A DNA stretch of 64,000 nucleotides from an uncultured Candidatus Saccharibacteria bacterium (GTDB lineage: Bacteria; Patescibacteriota; Minisyncoccia; Phycocordibacterales; UBA12088), in the NCBI GenBank assembly GCA_964562615.1, contig CAZLUD010000001.1, positions 193,072 to 257,071 on the forward strand, in the 5' to 3' direction. The notes beneath the pieces were generated by a model. That model searched no databases, had not been told where the DNA came from, and saw only the letters and a program-made list of their open reading frames with translations. How positions within the stretch are numbered: the stretch's first letter is position 1; every line of letters begins with the position of its first letter. Made by a program: the position numbers and the translations under genes. Below, one piece after another: positions 1 to 9,785 of the stretch.

Positions 1-182
1 ACATGGAAGAGTACCTTAGTGCACTCGATGTAAAGTACAGAGAAGTGCTGGTACTATTTTATTTTGAAGAGCAATCATACGAACAAATTGCTGAAATACT
101 ACAAATACCCAAAGCAACCGTAGGCGTACGCTTAAAACGGGCACGAATGGCAATGAAGCAGGTAATCGAAACAACATCATGA
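1..182 (+). CDS. ECF-type RNA polymerase sigma factor, C-terminal region 4 (5' end truncated by the window)
   Basis: Hand translation from position 3: MEEYLSALDVKYREVLVLFYFEEQSYEQIAEILQIPKATVGVRLKRARMAMKQVIETTS*, a typical sigma-70 region 4 HTH. The TGA overlaps the ATG of the next gene (ATGA at 179-182). Not in the ORF track. Confidence 0.85.
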   Translation, partial: MEEYLSALDVKYREVLVLFYFEEQSYEQIAEILQIPKATVGVRLKRARMAMKQVIETTS

Positions 183-928
183 ACAATCTCAAACAAGCAG
201 TAATGGATACCATAAAGACAGGAAATGTCTCTATGCATTCTAAAATGCACTTTATTATTCGTGGCACACTCCTTGTTGCTGGGTTTATTCTATTGTTGGC
301 AGTGTCACTATTTCTGGTGAGCTTTGTGGTGTTTCTCCTACGAACCAACGGCCTACTTGGTATTGCTCATTTCGGGATGGATGGACTTGCGTCTTTATTG
401 TTTAGCCTTCCTTGGCTAATCCTACTTTTGGTTATACTGGTATTTATCACCCTCGAATTGCTTGCGTCACACTTCTCCTTTGTCTATACACGCCCACTCG
501 TATATTCAATTCTTGGAGGCAGTATAGTGATAGTTTGTGGCGGAGTCCTTATTGCACATAGCACCATTCATGAACAAATGTTTCGTCTTAATGAAATTCG
601 TCCTATACCTGGGATAAATTATATCTACAAGCAAGCACTCGTTACTCCAGAAGGAGTACTGATTGGCATTATTTCTAGCTCAAGCGCTTCATTTATAGAT
701 ATTACCGCAAGAAACGGTTCTAGTACGCGCGTCGCCGTCATTGAAAAAACCAGGCGACCTCCTATCCCATTTACCGCAGGAGATTCGGTAGTGGTTATGA
801 CCAAGAAAGAAAACGGCGTTATCACTGCAATAGGTATACGTCCTATTGAAAAGAATCGCGCACTATTACACAAAAAGGATAATAGACCGGAGAAAAAAGA
901 GCTGTGCGAAAGTGAAGGGTGTAGATAA
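179..928 (+). CDS. Membrane protein coupled to the ECF sigma gene (candidate anti-sigma/accessory factor)
   Basis: 249 aa with about three hydrophobic segments followed by a soluble beta-rich tail; 4-bp overlap with the sigma gene. Confidence 0.6.
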   Translation: MNNLKQAVMDTIKTGNVSMHSKMHFIIRGTLLVAGFILLLAVSLFLVSFVVFLLRTNGLLGIAHFGMDGLASLLFSLPWLILLLVILVFITLELLASHFSFVYTRPLVYSILGGSIVIVCGGVLIAHSTIHEQMFRLNEIRPIPGINYIYKQALVTPEGVLIGIISSSSASFIDITARNGSSTRVAVIEKTRRPPIPFTAGDSVVVMTKKENGVITAIGIRPIEKNRALLHKKDNRPEKKELCESEGCR

Positions 929-929
929 A

Positions 930-955
930 TGAAATATATCGGCTGTGGTGGTGTA
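930..955 (+). promoter_or_regulatory. Candidate ECF (SigW-like) promoter
   Basis: TGAAAT-N16-TGTA, similar to the SigW consensus TGAAAC-N16-CGTA, upstream of the 1055 gene and just after the ECF operon. Confidence 0.35.
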
Positions 956-1054
956 CTAATTAGTGTGGGGACGCTCACATGTCACAAGAGAAAGCAGCAG
1001 TATCTTGTAACCATTACTTATTAGTACATACATTATTTCATTTACATCACTCGT

Positions 1055-1648
1055 ATGATTAAAACCTATATAATAGCGGGTATTATTGCGACCAGCATAG
1101 TAGCAGGAACCACTGCATTTGCCGCTGAAGATGCATTACCACTACGCGGCATTGGCCACGGCGATAAAGGAGCAATGGTGGCAGAACTTCTTGGCATTAC
1201 ACAAGAAGAATTTATCTCCAGAGTCAAAAATGGTGAAAAGCCAAAAGACATGCTTGAAGCAGCTGGTATAACCAAAGAAGATATGGAGTCTGCGAGAGCC
1301 ACCCACATGCGTGAGCGACTAGCGAAGGCAGTAGCTGATGGCAAAATAACGCAAGCCCAGGCAGATGAAAAAGTCAAAAAAATGGAATTGCACAACGCAA
1401 AGCATGAAGCAATGCGTGTAGCCATAACCAATAATGATTATGACGCATTCATTACTGCAGTTACTGACACTCCCCTTGCCGACAAGGTAACACGAGAAAA
1501 CTTTGCAAAATTTGTAGAAGCACATCGTCTCCACGAGGCAGGTGATCATGAAGGAGCAAAGGCAATTATGGACGATCTTGGACTCACAGGCCCACACAAA
1601 GGTGGAAAGCATGCAAAAGGCATGGGACATCTCAAACAAAATCAGTAA
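1055..1648 (+). CDS. Secreted alpha-helical protein of unknown function
   Basis: Signal peptide ending TTAFAA; helical repeats (AELLGITQEE, AVADGKITQAQAD); Gly/His-rich tail. Confidence 0.7.
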   Translation: MIKTYIIAGIIATSIVAGTTAFAAEDALPLRGIGHGDKGAMVAELLGITQEEFISRVKNGEKPKDMLEAAGITKEDMESARATHMRERLAKAVADGKITQAQADEKVKKMELHNAKHEAMRVAITNNDYDAFITAVTDTPLADKVTRENFAKFVEAHRLHEAGDHEGAKAIMDDLGLTGPHKGGKHAKGMGHLKQNQ

Positions 1649-1682
1649 CCCCACACACAACAAGCAAGAATAGCAGGGTTAT

Positions 1683-1712
1683 AAAACACCACCCCGTAAG
1701 GAGTGGTGTTTT
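1683..1712 (+). terminator. Intrinsic terminator
   Basis: aaaacaccacccc-gtaa-ggagtggtgtttt inverted repeat after the 1648 stop. Confidence 0.75.
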
Positions 1713-1737
1713 ATTATGCAACCAATACCATATTGTA

Positions 1738-1764
1738 CAAAAAAATTGCCGGACGAATCCGGCA
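1738..1764 (-). terminator. Intrinsic terminator of the 1783-2199 gene
   Basis: Minus strand reads tgccgga-ttcg-tccggca followed by a T-run. Confidence 0.65.
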
Positions 1765-1782
1765 TAAGTGGTCAAAAATTTA

Positions 1783-2199
1783 TTATGCTTCTAGAGGAAG
1801 TGATTGTAAGGTTTTTGTTGCATTTATCCATGTATTCACCTCCTCTATATTTGGAGATCTTCTACATACTCTTTTACTTGTGTTGATTTCAACAATTAAC
1901 TGATGCAATACACTTGGCTTTTGCTTACTCAGCAAAGATGCTGAGGTTATATTAGCTATTACCAATAACTCAAGAAACCCCTGACCAACTCCGTAAATAC
2001 TTGATAGCTCGATACGTCCGTCGGCTATCGACAAGTTGTCGAGTGGAATTTGTAGATATTCAGCAAATTTGCTTAAACTTTGAAATCTACTCCTTTTTTC
2101 CAAGTATGCCCCTACAGTACAAATTTTGTTTTTTTTCAGAACACCTCGAACTTCCGGATCGATTCTAACTTTCGAAAGTGGGTTGTAAGCCGTAGCCAT
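1783..2199 (-). CDS. DUF4332-like helix-hairpin-helix protein
   Basis: LSSIYGVGQGFLELLVIANITSASLLSKQKP...RRSPNIEEVNTWINA resembles DUF4332; SD-like AAGGAGG upstream. Confidence 0.6.
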   Translation of the reverse strand: MATAYNPLSKVRIDPEVRGVLKKNKICTVGAYLEKRSRFQSLSKFAEYLQIPLDNLSIADGRIELSSIYGVGQGFLELLVIANITSASLLSKQKPSVLHQLIVEINTSKRVCRRSPNIEEVNTWINATKTLQSLPLEA

Positions 2200-2408
2200 C
2201 TTTGCCTCCTTAGTTACCCAAATGGGTTATACAATAAAACTTGATATATAGCAACACCATCAAAGGGATGTCATATCAAACACGCAAGGCTGTATGTGCA
2301 CCATGCGTAAGTGTACTAAGCACCTTACCGCAATACCGATACAGCACGCATGACAATAAAGTAGTACAACCGTGGATATTCTTTTCTACTATTTGCTATA
2401 CTGCATGT

Positions 2409-3467
2409 ATGCGATTTGGATACATACAACAATTTTTCTTCTTTGGATTACTACTAGTTACCACGGCTACCTTTTTGTGGATGATAGGTGGATTTATTAT
2501 GCCAATCTTTTGGGCAATAGTGCTTGCGATTGTCTTTTATCCCTTTTTTACTAGATGTGCTGACACACTATTTGATAACCGCACCGTTGCCTCACTCATT
2601 ACCATACTCATATTAATTGTTATCGTACTTGTTCCACTTATCAGTATTGCAGGGCTGGTGGTAAAAGAATCAATCACCCTCTATCAAACTATTACTGAAA
2701 ATGGCTCGGCGCAATCACAAACACTCTCATTACTCGGACACCTCGATGATCTCTCATATTATCTTGAGCCATACGGCATCTCGGAGGAGATGGTTAAAGA
2801 AAAGCTTAAATCATACGCCACAGGCATATCATCGTGGCTTACCTCGTCTGCTCTCACGGTGAGCCAAGTTACCTTTTCACTACTTATCAATATTTGTTTG
2901 ATGTTATATATATTGTTCTTTCTCCTTAAAGATGGTGATGCGATACAAAAAAAGCTGCTCCACATTCTCCCGCTTGGTGATAAATACGAAAAACTTCTTT
3001 TTGAACGTTTCAGCGCAACCACTCGTGCGGTAGTCAAAGGCACATTGGTAATTGCGGTTATACAAGGGCTCATAGGAGGTACACTCTTTTACCTTACTGG
3101 TGTTACTGCCCCTGTATTGTGGGGCGTAGTCATGACATTTCTTGCCATCATCCCAGCAGTTGGCCCAGCATTGGTGTGGATACCTGCTGGAGTCATTCTT
3201 ATCCTCTCAGGATTTCTATGGGAGGGCTTTACCATCCTTCTTGTAGGGAGCCTTCTTATTAGCCTTGTTGATAATGTCCTTCGGCCACTCCTTGTAGGAA
3301 GGGACACGCAAATGCCAGATGCTATTGTCTTACTTTCAACGATAGGAGGTCTTGCCTCATTTGGTATATCAGGCTTTGTAGTCGGGCCTATTGTTGCTGC
3401 ATTCTTTATTTCACTATGGTCAATCTTTGAAGAAAAGTACCACGCAGAGCTCTCTCAAAACACCTAA
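2409..3467 (+). CDS. AI-2E family transporter
   Basis: Multi-TM protein with DNVLRPLLVG and STIGGLASFGISGFVVGP motifs. Start moved to ATG 2409, which follows TGCTATACT by 6 nt. Confidence 0.9.
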   Translation: MRFGYIQQFFFFGLLLVTTATFLWMIGGFIMPIFWAIVLAIVFYPFFTRCADTLFDNRTVASLITILILIVIVLVPLISIAGLVVKESITLYQTITENGSAQSQTLSLLGHLDDLSYYLEPYGISEEMVKEKLKSYATGISSWLTSSALTVSQVTFSLLINICLMLYILFFLLKDGDAIQKKLLHILPLGDKYEKLLFERFSATTRAVVKGTLVIAVIQGLIGGTLFYLTGVTAPVLWGVVMTFLAIIPAVGPALVWIPAGVILILSGFLWEGFTILLVGSLLISLVDNVLRPLLVGRDTQMPDAIVLLSTIGGLASFGISGFVVGPIVAAFFISLWSIFEEKYHAELSQNT

Positions 3468-4091
3468 CTATTTGATTAGTTCAATATATTCTCCAAGTAC
3501 CCATCCTTCTGTCTTTGCATCTACGACGATGAGGTACCAACCGTCTTTTGTATCTTTGTATTCATACTCAGTTCGTGGTGACACACGAGTGACGCGTGTA
3601 CCCGATGGAGATGGTGTTGCTCGAACATTAAGCCACCCTGTCTCGGTCTCACGTATGCGAAGCTTCTTAACCGCCGCTGTAGGAGCAGGCGACGTGCTGG
3701 TTGCTTGCGTACTTGTCGCTACTGAAGGAGGTGGCGTGAGGCTATCATCAAGTGGAGCTTCGTCAATCACTACTTCTGGCTTATTAGTAGTAGAAATGCC
3801 TAGGGTAAGAAAGTGCGGAGCATAAAAAACTATCCCTGCAATAATCCCAATTACTGCACTCACGACTACTATTTGAAATAGTACCCCTAAAAACGAAACG
3901 TCCTTAAAAAACGGTCGATGAGGTCGTGGCGGATACGGCTTATTACTTGCGGTGTAAGCTTCTTCTACCTCATCTTCAAATACGTCTTCTATAATCTCTT
4001 CATGCTCGTGTTCATGTGCATGTGCATTCTCGCTCGATTTTGTCTTACGAGTGATATCTTCTGTATGTGGTTTTTGTCGTTTGCCCTCCAT
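3468..4091 (-). CDS. Single-pass membrane protein with C-terminal bacterial SH3 domain
   Basis: Acidic/His-rich N-terminus, one TM, Pro/Thr linker, then GWLNVRATPS...GWYLI...EGWVLGEYI (SH3b pattern). Confidence 0.8.
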   Translation of the reverse strand: MEGKRQKPHTEDITRKTKSSENAHAHEHEHEEIIEDVFEDEVEEAYTASNKPYPPRPHRPFFKDVSFLGVLFQIVVVSAVIGIIAGIVFYAPHFLTLGISTTNKPEVVIDEAPLDDSLTPPPSVATSTQATSTSPAPTAAVKKLRIRETETGWLNVRATPSPSGTRVTRVSPRTEYEYKDTKDGWYLIVVDAKTEGWVLGEYIELIK

Positions 4092-4124
4092 GGTATGTAG
4101 TATAACTCCAGAGTACAGCTTTTA

Positions 4125-6116
4125 CTATGCCTCAAACTTTTGTGGATCACACTCCTTGCACACCCCAAGTGAGGTGAGTTTAGCAAGATAATCAAGGACC
4201 GTAATGACATATTCTGCATGACTCCACACAAGTGGCGCAACAGAAACTTGGCTTCCAGTGTATGGATTAATCTGCTCTGACAAAATACCCGAAGGAGTGG
4301 CATATTTTGTCATCCATTCAAAGACTTTTCTCACTGTATCCAAGGCGGCATCATCTTTCGCAGTTGCAATATCAAATTGCGCAAACCATAGTGAAGTTAT
4401 AAACCAAGCATTTTCAGATGCCTCATCTCCTGATCTAAAGTACTGATCGTGTTCATATCGCTTGATACCTCCAATATGCGTATCTACTTGTAGCTTCTTT
4501 CTTGTTACGGTAAACGCTCGCATGAGTCGCTCGTCAGTAGGAGGAAGTACTCCAAAGCGAAACACGCCGTACGCACTACTTGCATCCATGGTTCTATCTG
4601 CATGAACCACCCCTCCTTCAATCGTTATTGAACGATAGAAAAATCCCTCCCCCGCATCATAGCAATGCTTGATGATGCTGTGCTGTATTTCTTTTGCAAC
4701 ATCACTATACGTTAGTGCTTCGTCATGCTTTCCTAAAAGGGTTGCAAATTTTGATGCAACGGTAAGCGCGCCAAATACCGATGATGCGGTAAAGGTATGT
4801 ACCCCGTATCGCTCTTCCCATATATCGTAACTCGGTAGTGGCATTCCTGTTTTTTCATCACGATACGCGCACAAAAATTGTGCCGTCTTTTTTATGAGTG
4901 TATTGTATACCTCTTCAATAAATTCAAGATCCTTGGATAGCTCGTAGTAGCGCCAGAGCGAATACAGTACAAGCGCGGTCTCATCCTCTTGAATAGGAAG
5001 TGCCCGTTTTCCCTCTTTTACCCATGGATGCCACGAGCTGCCAAGAGAGCCGTCAACACCATACTTATGCATAAAGTAACCACCGTCAGAAACTATCCGG
5101 TTACAAAACTCAAAAAAGCGTTTTGCCGGAGAGTAGGAACCTGATTGATATAGCGCAATCGTAGTAATAGCACCGTCACGTGGCCATGAGTATGCATAAG
5201 AGTCTTTACCTTGATGAAGAATATCAGAGTCCGAAGAAGCAATAACCGCACCGCCCGCGTCAACGTGTGCTCGAATAGTAAACAAAGATCGCTTGAACAA
5301 TGCAATTGCCTTCTCTCCCATACCGTAAAAGGTGTATGGTCTTCGACTAACCCATGCCCGCCAAAAGTCCGTCGTAGTAGTAATCAAATGCTGTGGGCCC
5401 TTTTGAAGCACATACGAATTAAGACTAACCACGTCAGGTATTGATGACCCCGCACACATCCAAAAAAACACCTCTTTTTGCTCACGAGGCAACAACCTAA
5501 GTCCACACCCAATCACCGAATCAGCTGGCCCATGTTCTATTGGGTTCTTAGAAAGTATTCCCTCTTCTGCGTCCCTAAAGGAACCTTCTTTATTCCATAT
5601 ACCCTGTATGCCGGTGGTGTACTCACTAAACTTTTTGCCATCAACCATTGCGTTTACCAAGAACACCCGCTTACCTTTATAATGAATGACTGTGTGCGTA
5701 TCGGGGTCAAAGTATGCCGTGTGTGCTGTTGATGATTCGTATATTTGAAACTCTTGTCCAAAGAAAATTTTTACCACTCGCTCATCATTGCGTTCATTTT
5801 TTATCAAAAACTTTCTCACCAAAATTGCTTTTTCGTTATACACCACATCAGTAATAGTAATAGAGATACCAAGTTCATGATTGTATGCAGTGGTAACACC
5901 AACCTGCGAATCCACCTCAGAGCCAACTTGTATATCCCACGCATTATCAACAAACCAATAAAAGGTTCCATCGACCCACACTCCTACACGATGAATAAGC
6001 CCCCTACCTACGTGGTTTTCTAATCCAACTTGTGGATAATACAAGTCCTTAACCTGCCCGTCGGCATCAAATCCTATGAGCAAATTACCATTTCCGAGGG
6101 TGAGCGATCTAGACAT
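4125..6116 (-). CDS. Glycoside hydrolase family 15 (glucoamylase-like)
   Basis: YAYSWPRDG, QEDET, YDIWEER, LSEQINP and PLVWSHAEY motifs. Confidence 0.9.
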   Translation of the reverse strand: MSRSLTLGNGNLLIGFDADGQVKDLYYPQVGLENHVGRGLIHRVGVWVDGTFYWFVDNAWDIQVGSEVDSQVGVTTAYNHELGISITITDVVYNEKAILVRKFLIKNERNDERVVKIFFGQEFQIYESSTAHTAYFDPDTHTVIHYKGKRVFLVNAMVDGKKFSEYTTGIQGIWNKEGSFRDAEEGILSKNPIEHGPADSVIGCGLRLLPREQKEVFFWMCAGSSIPDVVSLNSYVLQKGPQHLITTTTDFWRAWVSRRPYTFYGMGEKAIALFKRSLFTIRAHVDAGGAVIASSDSDILHQGKDSYAYSWPRDGAITTIALYQSGSYSPAKRFFEFCNRIVSDGGYFMHKYGVDGSLGSSWHPWVKEGKRALPIQEDETALVLYSLWRYYELSKDLEFIEEVYNTLIKKTAQFLCAYRDEKTGMPLPSYDIWEERYGVHTFTASSVFGALTVASKFATLLGKHDEALTYSDVAKEIQHSIIKHCYDAGEGFFYRSITIEGGVVHADRTMDASSAYGVFRFGVLPPTDERLMRAFTVTRKKLQVDTHIGGIKRYEHDQYFRSGDEASENAWFITSLWFAQFDIATAKDDAALDTVRKVFEWMTKYATPSGILSEQINPYTGSQVSVAPLVWSHAEYVITVLDYLAKLTSLGVCKECDPQKFEA

Positions 6117-6489
6117 TATACGTAGAAAGCGAAGTTCTAACTGCGTCTATGGTCGCCTGCCTTGTTTTTGCACGTTTTATTTTTTTAGCGCAGGCGTCAT
6201 CACATAAGACAATACCAACCCATGGCACAAAGTCATTTCTATCCGCCGTAACATGATAAGAAAATTGTGCATCATCAATTTCTTCAAGAACACGAAGTAG
6301 TTCGAGTAAATTACTTATAACGTGTCCACTGCTAAAATAGAATCGATATTCTCCTTCAGCATGAAGCAAATCTTTCTTTTGAGATGATGTAGATGTGCTG
6401 GATTTTCTGGCGGCTTTTGGAAGTGCTGATCGTGAAGCTCGCTTCTTTACTGCTGGCGTTGCTTCTGTAACTACTTCTTTTTTAGCCAT
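6109..6489 (-). CDS. DUF5752-like small protein of alpha-glucan clusters
   Basis: FYFSSGHVISNLLEL...FSYHV...RNDFVPWV pattern with a Lys/Ser-rich N-terminus. Start uncertain (6489 or 6495 preferred over 6555). Confidence 0.55.
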   Translation of the reverse strand: MAKKEVVTEATPAVKKRASRSALPKAARKSSTSTSSQKKDLLHAEGEYRFYFSSGHVISNLLELLRVLEEIDDAQFSYHVTADRNDFVPWVGIVLCDDACAKKIKRAKTRQATIDAVRTSLSTYNV

Positions 6490-6597
6490 ACGCATAGTGC
6501 CATTAACATTATAATTGCCCTGTATTCCTAATATATCTCTAAACGTTTCCCACATAGACTGAATGTATATAGTAAGTATACCACCGCGACTCTATAC

Positions 6598-7806
6598 CTA
6601 TATCTTGTTATGCACAGCTTCTATACGAATAGTAAGATCTTTTATCGCATTCATGTAGGCAATAAAGGCATCGTACGGCGAGTCATACGGTGAGAAGTAC
6701 GCATGCACATCACCATCGTTAGACCACTTGGTGCACATATAGTAAAAGTGATCAGATGTCTGTAGTCTTCGCCATGATGTAATAAGCGCAAGGTCATTGG
6801 TAGCAAGAACTTTCTCTTCAAGAGCGTACACTGATTCAATTGCGCTTCGCTGCATATCATTTGCCACCCACGCGGTAAGGTCTCTATCTGTATCTGCCCA
6901 CGTAAGTATGTTTGGTGCGTCAATTTCTCCCCTATCGTCATAGGTCACAACCGTCTGTGATGGGGTCATAAATGTATTATCTGGATGCGCAAGAATTGCA
7001 GAAGGTAACGCACGAAGAAATTCAAATATACCGGTGTCTTCCCATTGATGTTCTCCGAATGTTTCAAAGTCCATAAAGAGATTCACCGTCTCACCATTTC
7101 CATTTATTGATGAGATCCAATGCGCATAGGTATCAGCAGTAAGTGGCCATGATTCCCAACTCTTTTGTCCAAAACGAAACGCAACATCATCAGACAATTT
7201 ATAATTTTTTAAAAGGAGTTTTATGTTGGTTGCTCCTTTTGGATGGTAGACAAAATTAGGACTTCTGTCACCCAAAATGGTATGCCACCCCTCAGCAAGT
7301 ACCGCGCGATACCCAGCGGCATCTGCCCACTGCCCTACATCGTTATTATAGGAAAGCTCGGTATTTCTAAATACCGTTGGTGTTACTCCAAACAAGTCCT
7401 GAATCTTATGTTTATGAAGCAGGACCTGTCGTTCAAATTCTTTTTTTGAATAAAAAAATGCAAGTGAGTGATAGTACGTCTCACTCAACACTTCAACTCG
7501 CCCAGTTGCTATTACCTGTTTAAATAACGTAAGCGTGTCGCTATCCCATGCAGCAAGTTGCTCCAGTACAATACCCGAAAATGAAAGTGCAAAAGTAAAC
7601 TCAGGGTGTCTTTCTAATAATTCCAACATCACCCGTAGCGTTGGCGCATAGGATTTTAGTGCAACCTTTTTCAGTATCCATTCATTATTTAGATTATGTG
7701 CACCAGTCGCGTTAAAGTATTCAGGATCTTCCCCAATATCGAACACTCTATACCGCTTTACCCGGTAGGGCTGATGAACCTGTAAATACATGCAAATTGA
7801 CGCCAT
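6598..7806 (-). CDS. Glycoside hydrolase family 57 (alpha-amylase-like)
   Basis: VHQP, ETYYHS, FRNTEL, FMDFETFGEH and LQTSDHFYYM motifs. Confidence 0.92.
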   Translation of the reverse strand: MASICMYLQVHQPYRVKRYRVFDIGEDPEYFNATGAHNLNNEWILKKVALKSYAPTLRVMLELLERHPEFTFALSFSGIVLEQLAAWDSDTLTLFKQVIATGRVEVLSETYYHSLAFFYSKKEFERQVLLHKHKIQDLFGVTPTVFRNTELSYNNDVGQWADAAGYRAVLAEGWHTILGDRSPNFVYHPKGATNIKLLLKNYKLSDDVAFRFGQKSWESWPLTADTYAHWISSINGNGETVNLFMDFETFGEHQWEDTGIFEFLRALPSAILAHPDNTFMTPSQTVVTYDDRGEIDAPNILTWADTDRDLTAWVANDMQRSAIESVYALEEKVLATNDLALITSWRRLQTSDHFYYMCTKWSNDGDVHAYFSPYDSPYDAFIAYMNAIKDLTIRIEAVHNKI

Positions 7807-7807
7807 A

Positions 7808-9001
7808 TTACATAGGGCTTCTACCAACCCGCTTATAGATTGCTTTCATTCTGAGAGCAGATTTTTCCCATGTTGCTGCTGATGCTTCCGCCTTTCCGTG
7901 GCGAATCAACTCGTGTGCGAGTGCCGGATATTCAAGAGTACAGAGTATTTTATTCGCAAGCTCTTCAACATCCCAAAAATCAACTTTAAGAGCATGAGTA
8001 AGTATTTCAGCAACGCCAGATTGCTTTGACACAATTACCGGTGTGCCGTGCATAAGCGCCTCAAGTGGCACGATGCCAAATGGTTCTGATACCGAAGGCA
8101 TCACCACCACATCAGCAGTTTTATACATACTATCTCGTTCATCTCCCCATAGAGGGCCGGCAAACAGTACGTTCCCTGAAAGTCCAAGTGATGCAGTCTC
8201 CCGAACAATCTGTCGTTCCATATCCCCCGAACCAGAGATGACAAATAATACGTATGGATTTACCTCAGCCACTCTTTTTGCTGCCTTGATAAAATAGTCT
8301 GGGCCTTTTTGAATAGTAATGCGTCCATGATACAGCACCACGCGGTATCCATGTCCTCTCAATACTGCAAGTGATGCCTGCACGTCTGACGCACTTGCTG
8401 CAGTTCCGTTATACACCACTGATATCTTTGATGCATCAATTGAGAATTTTTCTATAATCATGCGTTTTGTTCGCTCACTTACTGCCACAATATGATCTGC
8501 CGATACAAAGGCGCTATGCTCTATATCATAAATCTCTTTGTCCACATGATTACTTGCTGCCTGATCAAAGGATAGTGCGTGCACATGGAGTATAAGTGGC
8601 TTTTTTGTTCTACGCTTTACCGCCACGCCCGCTAAATAGCTTACCCAGTCATGTGCGTGTATTACATCAAAGTCGGTGTCACATACCTGCTCTTGTATCT
8701 GGTGCGCATACACCTTTGATTCATCTATGAGTTTGTTCCATGAGTGGGTAAGCGGCATATCCCCATCTACGCGTAGTGAGGATACATAGGGGCCATGCCA
8801 CCCGTCTTTCGAGAAAAAGTCAGGGACAGAACAAAATATGACCGGCATAGTTGTATCAACCGGCTGTTGTTTAGGGAGCACAAAAGTAATATCGTATCCA
8901 TCAGCAATAAGCGCATCGGTGAGACCCTTGCACGCAACACCAAGACCGCCCATGGTTTGCGGAGGAAAATCCCAACCAATCATCAAAACCCTTTTACTCA
9001 T
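7808..9001 (-). CDS. GT4 glycosyltransferase (putative glycogen/alpha-glucan synthase)
   Basis: GWDFPP..GGLG, HAHDW, GRITIQKG and SEPFGIVPLEA motifs; adjacent to GH57 and GH15. Confidence 0.85.
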   Translation of the reverse strand: MSKRVLMIGWDFPPQTMGGLGVACKGLTDALIADGYDITFVLPKQQPVDTTMPVIFCSVPDFFSKDGWHGPYVSSLRVDGDMPLTHSWNKLIDESKVYAHQIQEQVCDTDFDVIHAHDWVSYLAGVAVKRRTKKPLILHVHALSFDQAASNHVDKEIYDIEHSAFVSADHIVAVSERTKRMIIEKFSIDASKISVVYNGTAASASDVQASLAVLRGHGYRVVLYHGRITIQKGPDYFIKAAKRVAEVNPYVLFVISGSGDMERQIVRETASLGLSGNVLFAGPLWGDERDSMYKTADVVVMPSVSEPFGIVPLEALMHGTPVIVSKQSGVAEILTHALKVDFWDVEELANKILCTLEYPALAHELIRHGKAEASAATWEKSALRMKAIYKRVGRSPM

Positions 9002-9041
9002 GAACGCATGTGCTGTATTACTACATTTATATTGTACCTCA

Positions 9042-9074
9042 ATACAAAAGGGCGACATAGTCGCCCTTTTGTAT
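9042..9074. terminator. Strong hairpin/terminator
   Basis: Perfect 15-bp stem: atacaaaagggcgac-ata-gtcgcccttttgtat. Confidence 0.8.
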
Positions 9075-9091
9075 ATCTCACTGTAATAGAA

Positions 9092-9157
9092 CTACTTTTT
9101 ATTCTTTACTGACTTTTTTGGTTTTTTCTTTTCTTTGTTTGATCGTTGTTCTGCCAT
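9092..9157 (-). CDS. 21-aa lysine-rich small protein (not in the ORF track)
   Basis: ATG...TAG translates to MAEQRSNKEKKKPKKSVKNKK. Lies between a TGGTAGACT extended -10-like box upstream and the 9042-9074 hairpin downstream. Confidence 0.5.
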   Translation of the reverse strand: MAEQRSNKEKKKPKKSVKNKK

Positions 9158-9219
9158 ATATTTTATATCTACTATTCAATAATAAACTCGACCGTCATAT
9201 AGATAGTCTACCACTCATC

Positions 9220-9744
9220 TTACTTCAAAATAAATGCATCTATTGCGTATCCGATGCCGTATGCAATTGCTGCCGCTACTCCACCAACTAAGAGCATCTC
9301 CATACCAGCATACAGCCAGTGCAGTCGTGTAAAGAGTGCCCTACCACTCCCCACCACAAAAAGGGTAATAGCCGTAGCGATAGCAGAAACTTCAAATTGA
9401 TACTCAGGGGCTACACCAAATAAAAATGGTGTAAGTGGGAGTGTTCCTGCGATAACAAATGCAATAAAGGTAGCGGATCCGTCTCCAATAGGAGAGCGCG
9501 CTTGCACATGAGAGTCTGTATCGTGTACCGCTTGTTCAGAGGAGAGCGCTAAGTATCTTGATGATCCCATCGAGAAACCGTCTGCAATGAGATTTGATAC
9601 TCCCAAGATAATTATTACGGTCGCACCTAAATCTGCTCCTGATGCACCCGAGACAACCGCAAACGTGGTAATAATACCGTCGTTAGCGCCATACACAATT
9701 TCACTCAAGTAATACTGAAACTTGCTACGTATTTGTTCAATCAT
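9220..9744 (-). CDS. VIT1/CCC1 family Fe/Mn transporter
   Basis: VYGANDGIITTFAVVSG and NLIADGFSMG signatures. Confidence 0.9.
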   Translation of the reverse strand: MIEQIRSKFQYYLSEIVYGANDGIITTFAVVSGASGADLGATVIIILGVSNLIADGFSMGSSRYLALSSEQAVHDTDSHVQARSPIGDGSATFIAFVIAGTLPLTPFLFGVAPEYQFEVSAIATAITLFVVGSGRALFTRLHWLYAGMEMLLVGGVAAAIAYGIGYAIDAFILK

Positions 9745-9785
9745 AACTTCACTAGTGTTCCATGAGTCGTCGTGTACCGCAATAG

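Noticed and set aside
1747-1764. Hairpin stem identical to the tRNA-Gln acceptor stem (TGCCGGA/TCCGGCA)
   Set aside because: Only 7 bp. It has a TTCG loop and T-run right after a stop codon, so an ordinary terminator explains it.
6031-6039. Perfect DnaA box TGTGGATAA
   Set aside because: It lies inside the GH15 coding sequence, and there is no cluster of boxes to suggest oriC.
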